Shown: piece after piece, positions 12,861 to 26,053 of the stretch
Numbering within the stretch: position 1 is the first letter of the stretch
Layout of the letters: each line of letters begins with the position of its first letter
Source: Octopus sinensis
Taxonomy: Eukaryota
NCBI RefSeq assembly: GCF_006345805.1
Contig: NC_043006.1
Location: 24,118,001 to 24,182,000, forward strand
Length of the DNA stretch: 64,000 nucleotides
Direction: 5' to 3'
Notes under the pieces: model-generated
Databases searched by the model: none
What the model saw: only the letters and a program-made list of their open reading frames with translations
Told to the model about the DNA's origin: nothing
Made by a program: the position numbers and the translations under genes

Positions 12861-13111
12861 TTAATCCTCCACTAAAAGTAAAGGACGAGACATTCCTAGG
12901 AATACTTCTAGATGTTTTGGCTACTGTGTTGGTGCTGGTGGAAGAACCATTTTGTTTTGTGGTGATGGTAGGAGTCTTTTCATACTTCTTTTGTTGTTGT
13001 TGGTAGCAGTGGTAGTCTTAGTGGTGGTGGTGATGACAGGGCTGTCAACAATTGTGGTTGCAGTATCAATGACGTTGACAGCGTTCACCTTTGTGTCTCT
13101 CAGATTTGTAT

Positions 13112-13452
13112 TTGTTTCCACAGAGTTCCGACCAAGTTTGAATTCACGATGCCAGCGATTTACAAGGTCATATGATGGGGCATCATCACCATAAGTTACT
13201 TTCATTTCATCAAAAGTCTCCCGTGGTGTGTGTCCTTTCAAATACAAAAACCGGATCACTGCTCGACACTCAACAGGCTCCATTTCACACTTGACTCAGT
13301 TCAAACACCTGTAAATCAGAAACCACAATTAGTTCAGAGCTGTAATTTGCCACTTAATCTATAGAGATATAAATAATTGCACATGCAAAATTTCAGCTAG
13401 ATCAAACAACTGCAAGTGGGTCAGGGGCATTACTTATTGAACATCCCTCATA
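13112..13452 (-). mobile_element. Mariner transposon 5' end (TIR + HTH of transposase)
   Basis: MEPVECRAVIRFLYLKGHTPRETFDEMKVTYGDDAPSYDLVNRWHREFK; TIR-like tatgagggatgttcaataagtaatgcc on the minus strand. Confidence 0.85.
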
Positions 13453-14496
13453 TTTCCAAATAGGAAACATAATAAGAAGTAGCATTGCATTAACTGTAAA
13501 CAAAACTAACTAGAAAATATACGCTATAACATATAACATAAGAGAAACTTGGTAGCCATACCACTATACACATCCGGAACTAATACTCAAACAACTGCAC
13601 AAGGACCACCTTATTGTACCGGACTCTGCCCTGAGAGATATCAACATCAAGAATTGTGATCTCATTTTTAAACTTGGTTTAGAAGATAGAACTGAACCTC
13701 TCCTACCTCACCCACGCCATCTTTACTTAGAGGACCATAAATAAAAATTTTGTCACCAATCCTTCCATTTAATTCACTGACACAGCTAGGACTGGTAACT
13801 ATTCCTCTGCACCCAATTTGCAGCTCTTCCATGTTTATAACGAAGTTTTTTTGGCTACCTTTATAATTTTTATATTATTTTATCTTATATTTTTTTAACT
13901 TTTCATATTTTTAATTTTTTATTTGTTTACACCTTGTATTTTCCTAACATTTTTACCTTCCTACTGTACCTGAGAATATGCAAATGCCCATGCTCACACA
14001 CACACACCTATTAGATTCTACAGGCACACAAAAAATATGTGCGGGTGCACTAATACACACTTATATAGTTTTAAAATTAAGCGATAAACAAACAACTTAC
14101 CTAGAACTACTATGTCCCTCTACTGACCAGATACATTATCTCCCACCTCCCTCTCCTTCCCCCTCCTAACAATTTCTTAATTTGACACTACATCTTCTTT
14201 CTCTTTGATTCTGTTTAAATGTATTTTCAGTGTGCCACAATATATTTACTTATTTATTCTACAGTAGACCTGTAAATGACCTCAGCTTGAATTCACAAAG
14301 ACATTCCCCTTGCTAGTTTCAATAATACTAAATTTCCCCCTACTCATCCCCCTTTCCTTTCCCTGTTCATATAATTATTCTTTTCCTTTGAAAGTTTAGA
14401 CATTTACTCATTCCCATACATTACTTCTTCACTAATATGCTTTTCTTCTCTGTTTCTATGCTTTCTACACATTTTCAATTGAATCTCCTGCAACAT

Positions 14497-14861
14497 TACT
14501 CTTTTACTTGTTTCAGTCATTTGACTGTGGCCATGCTGGAGCACTGCCTTTAGTCGATCAAATGGACCCCGGGACTTATTCTTTGTAAGCCCAGTACTTA
14601 TTCTATCGGTCTCTTTTGCCGCTAAGTGACGGGGACGTAAACACACCAGCATCGGTTGTCAAGCAATGCTAGGAGGACAAACACACATATATATATATGA
14701 TAGGCTTCTTTCAGTTTCCGTCTACCAAATCCACTCACAAGGCATTGGTCGGCCTGAGGCTATAATAGAAGGCACTTGCCCAAGATGCCACGCAGTGGGA
14801 CTGAACCTGGAACCATGTGGTTGGTAAGCAAGCTACTTACCACACAGCCACTCCTGCGCCT
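14497..14861 (-). mobile_element. tRNA-derived SINE, near-complete
   Basis: A/B boxes at the 5' end, shared body, 3' tail GCTCCAGCATGGCCACAGTCAAATGACTGAAACAAGTAAAAGAG. Confidence 0.9.
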
Positions 14862-15029
14862 ATTGTAAACTTCTTTTGATTAAAGTATCTTTGGCCTAAC
14901 GAGTAGCTAGCAGATTACTCCTCATTTGGATAATTATTACTTCTGAAGTTCTACAAGCTATAAAACATATGTAGCCTGGATTTTATCTACTCCATTCCCT
15001 AGTTTTGGATATATATATATACATATATT

Positions 15030-15180
15030 TTTTTTCCTCTTAACTTTTCTGTCAAAGAATGTAGGCTTGAAACATAAAAAACCTTTCCATTCTTACCAAG
15101 CATTAAACTATTACACCAGCTTGTTCCTACACCAGTTTTCACCTTTTATTTTCTATAAATTTGAACTATATATTATATGT
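15030..15180 (+). mobile_element. Diverged copy of the TA-flanked element with a hammerhead-like core
   Basis: ctgtcaaagaatgtaggcttgaaacata...aaactattacacc aligns with 22845-23030. Confidence 0.55.
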
Positions 15181-15267
15181 TGACATGGTTACCCCAGTTT
15201 GATTCTGCCTGACTGAACTTCCTACTCACTTGGACTTTCATCTTAACTACTTCCTTTATTCTCTAGA

Positions 15268-15560
15268 AAAACGCTGCCGCCATGGTGATCTCATTCTCGC
15301 TCACAACATCATAAGCGGAAAGTGTAACCTCTCGAAAGAGCTGTTCTTCAATCCTGCTCCAGAGCATCAGCTGCTCTATCTGCGACGATTTCATCTCAAA
15401 TGAAGGAGAGGGGCTTTCTCTGTCTGGGTTGCGGATCCGTGGAATAAGCTGCCAGATGAGATAGTGAAGATGCCAACGACCGCTCGGTTCAAAGTCTCTC
15501 TTGACCAGAAATAGCCTGAACTCTTTGCATGAATACCCTCCCTGTACATAACTCCATGTC
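15268..15560 (+). mobile_element. CR1-clade LINE 3' fragment
   Basis: KRCRHGDLILAHNIISG...FSVWVADPWNKLPDEIVKMPTTARFKVSLDQ, the typical CR1 RT C-terminus. Confidence 0.75.
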
Positions 15561-15899
15561 CCCCTACATGGCCTTGCTTTTTGCTTTTTGAGCCAAAAAA
15601 ATTAACTTAACTTCCTGAACTTTCAGTACCTCTCCTCATCCACATAACCAACACTTCACCCAGATTACCACTGGATCTTTGGACTCTTTCAGACTCTATC
15701 TCCATGTATCTTACTGGCTATTTTGGTTGATGTAACTCACACTAATCTATCACAACTTTTGAACTTACCAAACTCTTAAACTCTGTATGTTAATAATTTT
15801 GCCATTCTCTCTCCATTCTAACATTTTTTTCTCCATTTTCTGGCATGCCTAATTATAAATCCTTCCTCCTCCACCTTCACCATTGCCTCAAAAAACACC

Positions 15900-17195
15900 T
15901 TACCATGCTTCTTTTCTACTGCTTTCAACCTTCTATTAATCGTTCTCTACTTATTTAAAAAAAAAAAAACACGCCTTCATCACCACCTCATCTTCCTCCA
16001 TTTCCACCCTACCTTCCATTCTGCTTCTGCCATCTTACCCATAATCTGCACCTTAATCTCTCCACAATGTATACCCTTGACTGCCTTCTCCCTCTCACTT
16101 ATTCCACCTTCTTTTCTTGCTGCTTACCATCCATTGCACATTCCACTATGTTCTTTATCCTCCACCTAAACCATCTTCTCAATGACTTTCTTGCTTGCAC
16201 TAAACAACATAAACCCCACCCACTCTTTCATCCTGTCCCACCTGATTCCACTACACTCCTCCCTCCATGATTCACTCCCCTCATCCTCACTCTCACCCTT
16301 CCATTGTTTCAACCCTCCCATACGCCACATTCTTCTCTGCCTTCCACTGCATCCACCCCCCCACCTAACTACCCCTTTAGTCTGTTGTTACCATTCCTCC
16401 TGATCTAACCCTCTCTGAAGTTGAGTGCTCGCTTCTTAGTAAGGGTCTGTGCTTCATCCCTCTCACTCCATCGAGTAACAAGTTTCAGACCTGTGCTGAT
16501 ATCCAATACTTTGTGCACCACATCAGGCGACACCCACTATTCCACAACACTCCACCCACATTAAATGTAGAAGACTGCTTCACCGGCCTGGGCTGTCGAC
16601 CATCCTACTGGATGCCTGCTTTTGGCCAGTTTCAAGCAGTTGATCAATTTGCAAGCATCTGTCAACGTGTTGTGGACTGATTCAACTTTCACAGGCATCC
16701 TCGATATTTCAACTCTCAGCCCTTTAATGTCTCTGATGCCACAAAGATTTTATCATCAAACCAGCTGACAAGAGTGGAGTTGTAGTGGTGTGGCGTGCAG
16801 ACCTCTACAGGGCTGAAGCTCTCCCGTCAACTTCAAGACACCTCCTTCAATTGCCCTCTACCCTCCAACCCCATACCTAACTACCAACAAACTGTCCTCC
16901 ACCATTCATGGCCTCATTTCCTTTTCCCATCTTCCTTCCATCACTTTCAACCTCACTGTCCATATCACCCCCCCCCCCGCTATTTACTTCCTTCCCAAAA
17001 TCCACAAGCCCAACAACATGGTTGCTCTATTGTCTCCACCTGCAACTGCCTCACCAAAATGATCTCCAAGTACCTCAACCATATCCTTGCCCCTCTTGTG
17101 GCTTCCCTCCCCTCACACATTCATAACACCAATTATGCTCTCTCTCTGTTTAACTCTTTCTCCTTCCCTTCTGTTCACTCACGACATTTACCACA
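15900..17195 (+). mobile_element. Degenerate Penelope-like element (N-terminal region and start of RT)
   Basis: IPPDLTLSEVECSLLSKGLCFIP (~16390-16460) and SIVSTCNCLTKMISKYLNHILAPLVASLPSHIHNT. Confidence 0.75.
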
Positions 17196-17204
17196 GTGCT
17201 TGGC

Positions 17205-17325
17205 AGGAAGGTGTGTAGCGTGTGATCATCGCATTGACCATTACAGAGAAAGTTGAGCAGAGAATCTGCATCAAATTTTGCCAAAAGCTTGGCAATACCT
17301 GCTCAGAGGCCTATACAAAGTTTTC
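17205..17325 (+). mobile_element. Mariner transposase N-terminal fragment
   Basis: TEKVEQRICIKFCQKLGNTCSEAYTK. Confidence 0.7.
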
Positions 17326-17394
17326 AAAAAGTTGCAATAGTAACAGCAGTTATAACAACAACTACAACAACAACAATACCAACAGTTACTGGAA

Positions 17395-18110
17395 GTAATG
17401 TTGAAGAAGCCTGAAAATACTTCAGGTTCGTTCTCGTCAGATGGCATAGCAATCTCAATTGGAGAATTTATTTATATCTCAGAAGAAGGTACTACTTTTT
17501 CTGCATATTTTAGAAGATACAAAGAAATCTTCAAAGAAAAATATAAACATTGGAATGATGAGAAGAAGGTGCGATTGTTTTTAAGAAAGTTGTCCCCTGC
17601 TAAACATGAAAAATATTGTAATTATATTCTGCTAAAGAAGCCAGATGAGATTTGTCTTGATGAAACAATTTATCGAGAATTTTCAGTGAAAGAAGTTCCC
17701 TGTTCAATACTCATTGGTAGTGTTTAAATTTAGTTAAAAATGATGAAAATGATGAAAATTTTGTTACCTATAGTTAAAGAGAGTGTGAAAAATTCAAATT
17801 AAATGAATTAACCCCTGATTTGTTCAAATGTTTAATTTTTGTTCAAGGGTTAACTGCAAGAAAAGAACAGGACCAAAAATTAACTCTACAGGCAGTGGCT
17901 GAAGAATGCCATAGGATTATAAATTTAAGACATGCTGTTGATAAAATTGAAGAAAAAGACTGAAAAAAATAAAATCCAGGTATGTGCTGTTTTTTCAATG
18001 AGATTAAACGAATGTTTGATGCCATATAATTACCTGTTACCAAATCTGGAGGAAATTTTTATGAAGTTGAATAGAGGAAAATTTTTTTTCAAAATTTATT
18101 TATCATTCGT
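17395..18110 (+). mobile_element. Ty3/Gypsy LTR retrotransposon internal remnant (gag + RT start, deleted)
   Basis: FSAYFRRYKEIF...WNDEKKVRLFLRKL...YCNYIL resembles K02A2.6-type gag; LNECLMPYNYLLPNLEEIFMKLNRGKFFFKIYLS resembles the RT N-terminus. Confidence 0.75.
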
Positions 18111-18199
18111 TATCTCTCCACTGACTTTGGTACCACTCTAACATCTATAACCTCTGCATTTTCACTTATTTATTTCAAACTTCTTTGAATTTTCAATCT

Positions 18200-18840
18200 A
18201 ATGTTTCCACACTCTCTCGAAAACGTATTTCTGCAAAATGTTATCTAAAATTATGAGTAAAGAAAGAAATAGCAAAAAATATTTGAAAATGGGGGTGGGG
18301 TGAAATTGCTGAGGGCTCCACCCCGTTTTCTGGACCCAAAGAAGGGTTTTGTAGTATATTAGGCGTCACTATAATTCATTCAATGGAAGAAAAAAAATCC
18401 CCAACGATTCTGGGATATTGGGGGGGGGGTGATGGTTCAGCTTCCCCACTTTTTTCCTAACAAAAATAAGGAGTTTGCTGCATATTAGGAGGTTAGGATA
18501 CTTGATTCCATGCAAAAATTTTGAGTTTCTTTTTTCTTATTGAAAATCGTGCGGGTGAAAAGATCAATGATAGTGGGGGTGGGTTGAAATTTCCGAGGCT
18601 TCCACCTCTCCCTACCCCGTTTTCCGGAATCAGCTTTTTGCTGGGTTCAAAAATTACATACACCCACTTTTCCATGATTGGCTGGGGTCTGGAATCCTCC
18701 AAACGGAATCCTCCAAACATGTAGCTTAGTCGAATTAGACCATTTGTTTTGTCGTTAATGCTGCACTTTCTCGTATCACCTGTTTCAACATAACTGTAAT
18801 ACACACCACCTTAATCCAAGCAACGCCGGGTATCTCTGCT
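18200..18840 (+). mobile_element. Non-autonomous Helitron, 3' end at ~18840
   Basis: ccaagcaacgccgggtatctctgcta matches the Helitron terminus at 38826-38853; 5' boundary approximate. Confidence 0.6.
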
Positions 18841-18844
18841 ATTT

Positions 18845-18880
<36 letters not shown>

Positions 18881-21800
18881 ACGAAGAATGAATTTAGTAC
18901 AACTTTAATATTCGTTACAATTCTTTCCGTACCACTCCATTTCTAACGACACTGCTTTTAAGTTTGCGTGTATGGGTATAAAATAAAGCTCAAAGAGATC
19001 AGATAAAATGACAGCAGTAATCAGCACAAACTAAAATCGAAAACAGATCGTAAACTGACCTCATTTGTAATTTTAATGTCAAATATTTGAAGAATCAACG
19101 TGCGTGAAGGGTGACATTTGTTAGGTGTCATTGTAAACATGATATCAAATATGGAATGCTGATTATATTTCAACTAAAGAATTATGGAATTAATAGAATA
19201 ATACTGATAAATGGTAAACATATTTTAATAGACATAAAAGAATAGATTTTGTGTTCAACAGTATTGGTTGTAATGACTAAATTTAATATCTGTTGCTAAG
19301 AAAATTAATATTTATCAAAACAAAGTTGAAATAACGTGATGAATTAGAACAAAATATCAAAAAATAATAATAGAACATCAAAAGAAAAGAACCAATTATT
19401 TTTGTTACTGGACATTATGAATGAAGTTTTTAATTAGAGATTTCCAGTTTACCTTACCGAAATAAGTGTGGTAAGAATTACTCTTCAGCTCTGATAGTAG
19501 AATTTCTATAACGACCTAAACACTGCTGATATCCTTCCGCGCAATAAAGTATGTTTTACTTTCATCCTGCGCACAAAATCAAATGTTTATTTGTTGAAAA
19601 ATTAAAAAGTGGAATAGTGTAATGTTTGTAAAAAACAAAATGGAAAAAAAATATATTGCAAATTTCGTTCATAAATTAAAATATTTTTTCTGAATAACTT
19701 CCTAGAATAAAATAAATAGTAAACGTATATACGGAAAGCTTGAAGGTATAAAATCCTTATGGATTTTAAGTTTCATAAAATGAAGAAGAAAGCAAGAAAG
19801 CAAAATATACTTTTAAAATAATTTATTAAAAATAAATCAACTAAAAAATAAACACATCAGCATAAAATGTAATGATTTTTTATCAATCTAATTGAAAAAT
19901 TAATTTTGTTACGTATTGTGATCCATACATTTAATAAGCTAGGCATTGTCAGTTCCATGTTTTCGTACTACTTTATCATCTCTTATGCTTGTCTTATAAA
20001 CGTGTTTTCTACCGGCAGTTGTGGATACATTTTTCTAAATTTTGCATGTAAGTAAATCATTTAATTTTATTTTATCATTTTAATCAATGTCAATTATTTA
20101 TTTATGCATTAGTAATTATTCGAATGCTCTCATTTCTTCTGATTAGTTAGCAATAAAACTTGCAAAGTAGCCAGCATTGACAACGATCGTACTTGTATGT
20201 ATACACACATATTAAAAAAAAATATATACACACATACAGGGAATGTATACGGGCATTTTAGATTAAAGTATTTAGTTTTTTTCCCCGTTTTCCCCAGTGT
20301 TATTGTAGCGTATATATATATCTGATGTCTACGTTAATTGCTATGTAAGCGATCATCATGCCTGACGGATACCATTGCAATATCTCCGAGTTTGTCTCGT
20401 CTGTGAATCACTGGCTCCGGTCGCCATTTTGCTATCACCGTAACTTCACCAAACATCATTGTTGATGCTGAAATTGTACATAAGTAAATACTCTCTGTCT
20501 GTCTGTTTGTCTCTCTCTGTAGATATCTATAGATTGTTAGTATTACTAGCCAACTTCCTCCTCTCTCTCCTCTTATTTAATGAGGATTTTTCAATACCAT
20601 CGACTTGAATCTACCCTTCGATGTTCATTTTTTAATTCCTCCCATTTGCAAAACGCTCGAAAGTGTTTCATCGTTATACTCCTCGTCATTGTTATTAAAT
20701 TCTTGCTTGGCTGTTTGTATGTTGTAGCAATTTATTGGGGAGCCAGTTAGTGACCTTCGTTCGTGTCACTCGCTCTTGTTGTGGCCTTTATGTTAATGAG
20801 ACACAGCACTGTTCTACACACACACACTTAATCCGTTCAACATTGAACTCTTCGTTCAATAGGAATCAATTCTTAACATAACAGTTCAATAATACTCCCC
20901 CCCTCTTTTTACTTAACACATAACATTCCTTTTTTTTTTTTATTCGACTAATTAAACTTGACATTGTGGTCGACAGGATACGATCATTAAAATAAAAGGT
21001 TCCCAAAAATTATTATTTTCACGAAGTGATTGAGTTAGGGCAATTTTTTTGCAGTTTTAACCAGCCCAGCCTGGTTGTAAATGTTTAGATATTGCTCCTG
21101 CCTGGATGTAAATTTTTAGATTATTGTTCCAGCCTGGATGCAGTTCCCTCTCGACGCATCTTTTCCCTCCCTCTTCCTCTGTTATCAGAAAACCCACTTA
21201 AATATTTACACTTCACTAATCTGCTTATTCGCCCCCCCCCATCCTCTCCATATAGCTTATTTACTTGTCCATCTAATTCAGTTTATATATGTATATTCAT
21301 ATATGTATTTATTTTTATACTTCACCTGTGATACATATTTATTTGTCTCTGCTGCCTGTGCTTGTGTATGTTGATACTCATGAGGCAATAGTGTGTACTG
21401 TGTTTTAAATGTATTGGTGTAGCTCAGCTGTGATCACGTAGACCTTTGATTAAAAACATTCTGACCGCAACCATCAAGTCTTTTTGTAATACTATCTAGG
21501 ACTAAATTCAATGAATCCTTTCATTTTAAAAATAAGGCCAACTTTGAGGGGAGATGTGACTGCTGTATTTAAGAAGTTAAAGTAGCCACATAGTGGTTTC
21601 ATCGTTCGATCGATGTGTGTGGCATGCTTTTTTCTTGCTATGTAAAATGAGAATAGCTTTTATGGGACGGCCGCTATTGGACGGTCGTCATATACTTGAA
21701 CGAAAATTCACTCGTCCTGTTTATTTTCTTAACGTACACACAGAGTGCCAGCTATGATCATTCTATCTTTTTCAAAAACATTTCCAATGTTATTTAAGAT

Positions 21801-22844
21801 GAGAGGGTGCGATGTGAGAATGATTTAGCTGCTATGTCTAGCAGCTCCTTGGATCGTTATGATGCTGTTTTTGTAATCGGATATGTATATTTATATACGA
21901 ACACATTTAGAAAGCGAAAGGTAACAAAAAATCGGCTTTTGGTGGTCACTGTTTGTATTGGTAAATTTAGATAATCCATAGGTTATTGTCCATTTTCCAT
22001 ACAATATATTTATTTATAGGGTGATTTTTACCTTTATTAAATCGAACAAAATGCTATATGGTTTTTAGTACAGTTACCGATATAATCGACTACAACTGAA
22101 ATTACGGTTGAGTGCCCAGGTTGAAACTCACTGAATGAATTCATTATGAATTCCCATTTTCTAATTTAGCTTCTCCATTATAATTGAGTACATATAAACC
22201 CTTCATAAATTGCTTACTTGTGTTTTTGTATTTAAAATGCATTAAATTGATTTTCTTGATGACGAACATACAGGGAGAGGATAAGTAAGTTATTTCATTG
22301 CTTCTAAGGCCTAATGTATTTACGATCTATAAACCCGAGTTACAAAATTCAAAATGTCATAAACCCCACGAAGTCTCATTATCAGCAGTTTTAGGACGGA
22401 TGCACACAAGCTGTCTTAGCACCAATGTACACAACTTTATAAGAGAATATTGAGGAATGCATATGACTTCGCTTTATGTGCGAGAAATACAGAGGGCAAA
22501 TTTATCCTACATGGTCACGGCTGGTACGCTTTTGATCCTTGATGATCATAGCTGGTGCACCTTTGAGTAATCGATCTGAAATGAGGTTAAAACAACAATT
22601 ATATGAAATCTCCAAGCGGGTTAAATGCACAAGTCTCCTATAGCTACGTGCCTAAAAAGTGTCAGCCTAGGAGAAGCCAGGAATTATGATTTGAAATTAG
22701 TCCGGCTCCATTAGAATGGAGAAGGTTAAGGACTGAGACATTTACCTCTGAGAAGGTGCTGTTCAGCTCTCTTGAGTTTCTTAACACTGTATATGTATAT
22801 GAATACACACAGAGTCACATACACATATGTATATATATAGATCG

Positions 22845-23030
22845 CTAGCCACTACACATTCCTTATTTTCACTCCCTGTTTCTTTCTGTGTTCCTTTCTG
22901 TGGAAGAGCGTAGGCTTGAAACATCGAAGACTTTTTCACTTCCCCAGCGTTAAACTAATACATCTGTTTGTTGTCTACACCACCTGTTTTCGTCTTTTGT
23001 TTTTTTTTTTTGTGAATTCTCCCTATGTGA
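22845..23030 (+). mobile_element. ~200-bp TA-repeat-associated element (Penelope-tail-like) with a variant hammerhead core
   Basis: gatcgctagccactacac...ctttctgtggaagagcgtaggcttgaaacatcgaag...aattctccc; copies at 59935 and 62900. Confidence 0.75.
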
Positions 23031-23099
23031 CCGCGTGTGTACTGTTGGCGATTTCCCCCCCCCCCCGTCTTCACTTCTTTGGATCTTTCCTGTTCCTAT

Positions 23100-23134
23100 G
23101 TTTCTGACGAAGAGCTCTGCTCGAAACGTTAAAC
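23100..23134 (+). ncRNA. Minimal type I hammerhead ribozyme motif
   Basis: GUUU-CUGACGA-A-GAGC(UCU)GCUC-GAAA-CGU-U/AAAC: stem I 4 bp, stem II 4 bp, palindromic ACGU stem III, one extra A after A9. Confidence 0.65.
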
Positions 23135-23259
23135 CCTCCTTCTTTCCTTCTTTCCCGAGCGTCCAATAATACTATACTTGTTCCACGTCCTCGCGTTGTT
23201 GTGTTTTCTGTTTGTGTTTTCATGTTTGGATCAACTATATATATATATAAGCTCAAAGA

Positions 23260-23551
23260 AATTCCAACTTTGTCTGATTTTCACATCTTATTTACAATCT
23301 TATAACTAATACTTTCATGCATTATGTATGCAATCTTCAGGTTCATGTAGTAGTGGTGACAGTTATGTTTTATAATTTACAACTGTAAATTGTAAACTGT
23401 CACCACTACTACATGAACCTGAAGATTGCTTAGTTTAATGCATGAAAAAACTAGTTCAATCACAATGGACATTTAATATTCTTTATATTATCTTATATTG
23501 TATTATTATAAGATTGTAAATAAATTGGGAAAATTAGACAAAGTTGGAATT
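23260..23551. repeat. Inverted repeat with a perfect 35-bp core hairpin
   Basis: 23330-23364 is the exact reverse complement of 23395-23429; outer arms 23260-23305 and ~23505-23551 also pair. Confidence 0.9.
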
Positions 23552-24419
23552 TGAGTAATATATTCTTCTATACACAATCATACATATCTGTGTATATATA
23601 GATATGTGTGTATATGCATGTACAATTACGTGTGTGTATATATATATATATATCAATACTTAAGGGTACTAACAAGTAGTACTGGCATGCTAAATATAGC
23701 AGTCAAAATGACCAAACTACAAATTTTCACTTAAACACAATGGTGAAAGCAAGCAAATGAATAAAAATCCTAAAACCCTGTACCAATGATGAAAATAATT
23801 GATAATTGAAAAAGCCAGACATACCCATATGTATATAAGTAACAAAGATGTACAGGTGTCAATTCATTACGGCTGTTTCAAGCAGTTCCATTTAATTGAT
23901 TAATGAAAACATTACATCAATTTGCTGCAGTTATAAGAAAAGGAAACAATGGAAATATTTTGGTTTTCATTATTGATGTAAATTTGTTAAAAAAATGGTT
24001 TATTCTTTGTTTGAAGTCTATGCGTTCATCTGACGAGAATGGTTTCTTTGAAATTGATGAAATGTTTTCACTAACCCATAAAGCATTGGGATTTGCACTT
24101 GAGTGACATAGCATGGACTGCTGAGCACATTTTGTGAAAATGAGACTACTATGCACACATAAAAAACAAAAAATAGTTAAAATATCATCTTAGTATATAA
24201 TGGTGGCAAGTTTTACATCATCTGAAAAGTCATTGGTTGAACTGCATTCTGGTGGGTATCGGAGTGTTTGAGTGACATTAGACCCCAACAAATGCCCATA
24301 AATTAAATGCATCTGTCTGGGCCACAATCATGGTCTGTTGACCTGTGCCTGATGGCCATGGCCCATCGCACTTTCTGTGTTAATTAAATGGAGCCGCATG
24401 AAATGGCTGTAATGTGTGA

Positions 24420-24759
24420 ATAAGTTTTATATATGAATATGTGTATGTATATATATATATATATATGTGTGTGTGTGGATGTGTACGTATATGTATATAT
24501 ATTATGTATGTATGTATATATAAGTATATGTATGTATATATATGTATATATATGTACATGTATGTATATATATATATATGTATATATATATTATATGTAT
24601 GTGTATGTATATTATATATATATATGTGTGTGTGTGGATGTGTACGTATATGTATATATATATGTATGTATGTATATATAAGTATATGTATGTATATGTA
24701 TATATATGTACATGTATGTATATATATATATATGTATATATATATTATATGTATGTGTA

Positions 24760-24801
<42 letters not shown>

Positions 24802-25060
24802 TGTGTATGTAATATATATGTATGTGTATGTATATATTATATGTATGTGTATGTATATTATATGTATGTGTATGTATATATATATGTGTATGTATATATA
24901 TATGTACGTGTATGTATATATATGTACGTGTATGTATATATGTATATGTATATATATGTACATGTATGTATATGTATATGTATATATGTATGTACATTTA
25001 TGTATATATTTATATGTATGTATATAATTATGTGTATGTGTATGTATGTATATATTTATA
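24420..25060. repeat. (TA)/(TG)/TATG compound microsatellite with a ~160-bp duplicated block
   Basis: gtgtgtggatgtgtacgtatatg occurs at ~24470 and ~24630. Confidence 0.9.
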
Positions 25061-25064
25061 TGTA

Positions 25065-25580
25065 CCATAAATCCTCAAGTATAATCCGCATTTTTTCCCC
25101 CAAATTTAAAGGTCAAAATCTCTTGTGCGTATTATATACGAGGTTAAAAATGAAAAATATTTTCTAAGCAATGTCCGAGTCTCTATTTGCTGTCCGGCAA
25201 TGTTCGTACACATTTTGTGATGTTGGGTGCGAAAATACCTTAATCTGAGCCTGAAAGCAATGAAGTCAAAAGAATTATCCATAACTTGCAGTAAGCAACA
25301 TTTATTAAAATAAAAGTATTCAGAACACAGAATAACATGTAACAAATACAATTTGCAAACATATTTACATTCCCATATAACAGTTAAGAACATCACCATT
25401 ATTGTAGTACGCATGCGCGGAAGTGTTTGCTCGACTAGGTGCTGCTGGCTTACTTACGCATGACTCAAGTTGGAGAAGGGGTGCATATTATACACAAGGT
25501 TTAGGTTTTTCAGAGGTACAGCCCCCTAAAAATTCCCTGCGTATTATACTCAAGGGCAGACTATACTTGAGGATTTACAG
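25065..25580. mobile_element. pogo/Tigger-like (Tc1/mariner superfamily) MITE with TA target duplication
   Basis: TA-ccataaatcctcaagtataatc ... gactatacttgaggatttacag-TA terminal inverted repeats. Confidence 0.75.
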
Positions 25581-26006
25581 TATGTACATAAATTTATATA
25601 TATATATATATATATAATACAAATAAGAAAATGGAGAAACAATTTAGTTGGTTCATCAGCTTTTGGATATTAGAATGTTGACTTATTTATTCATTTAACA
25701 AAAACGAGAACCTTAATAACATACATATACACATTATAATTCAATACATATAAGATAAGAATACAATTACAAAAATCTTAATATAAATTATTGAAATCAT
25801 TAAAATCACTCTTACATTTTCTTATTTGTATTATAAATTAATGGTAAAATATTTCTTTACCTTCACCCATTTAATACAATAAATAAGTTAATTGCATTGC
25901 AATTAAAAACACTTGTGTATTAAGAATTTGGGTATTATACCAACAGTATATTGGATAAATATTATCCCTTAGTGGGTTGGATCCATAACCCCTAACTTAC
26001 TTGGTG

Positions 26007-26050
<44 letters not shown>

Positions 26051-26053
<3 letters not shown>

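Noticed and set aside
21375-21415. ctcatgaggcaatag...ttttaaatgta as a decayed hammerhead
   Set aside because: Both core halves need several substitutions; not supportable without a family consensus
24025-24062. UUCAU-CUGACGA-GAA..UUC-UUU-GAAA-UU-G-AUGAA hammerhead-like match
   Set aside because: G at the cleavage position, a 3-nt bulge at stem II and a single copy; likely chance
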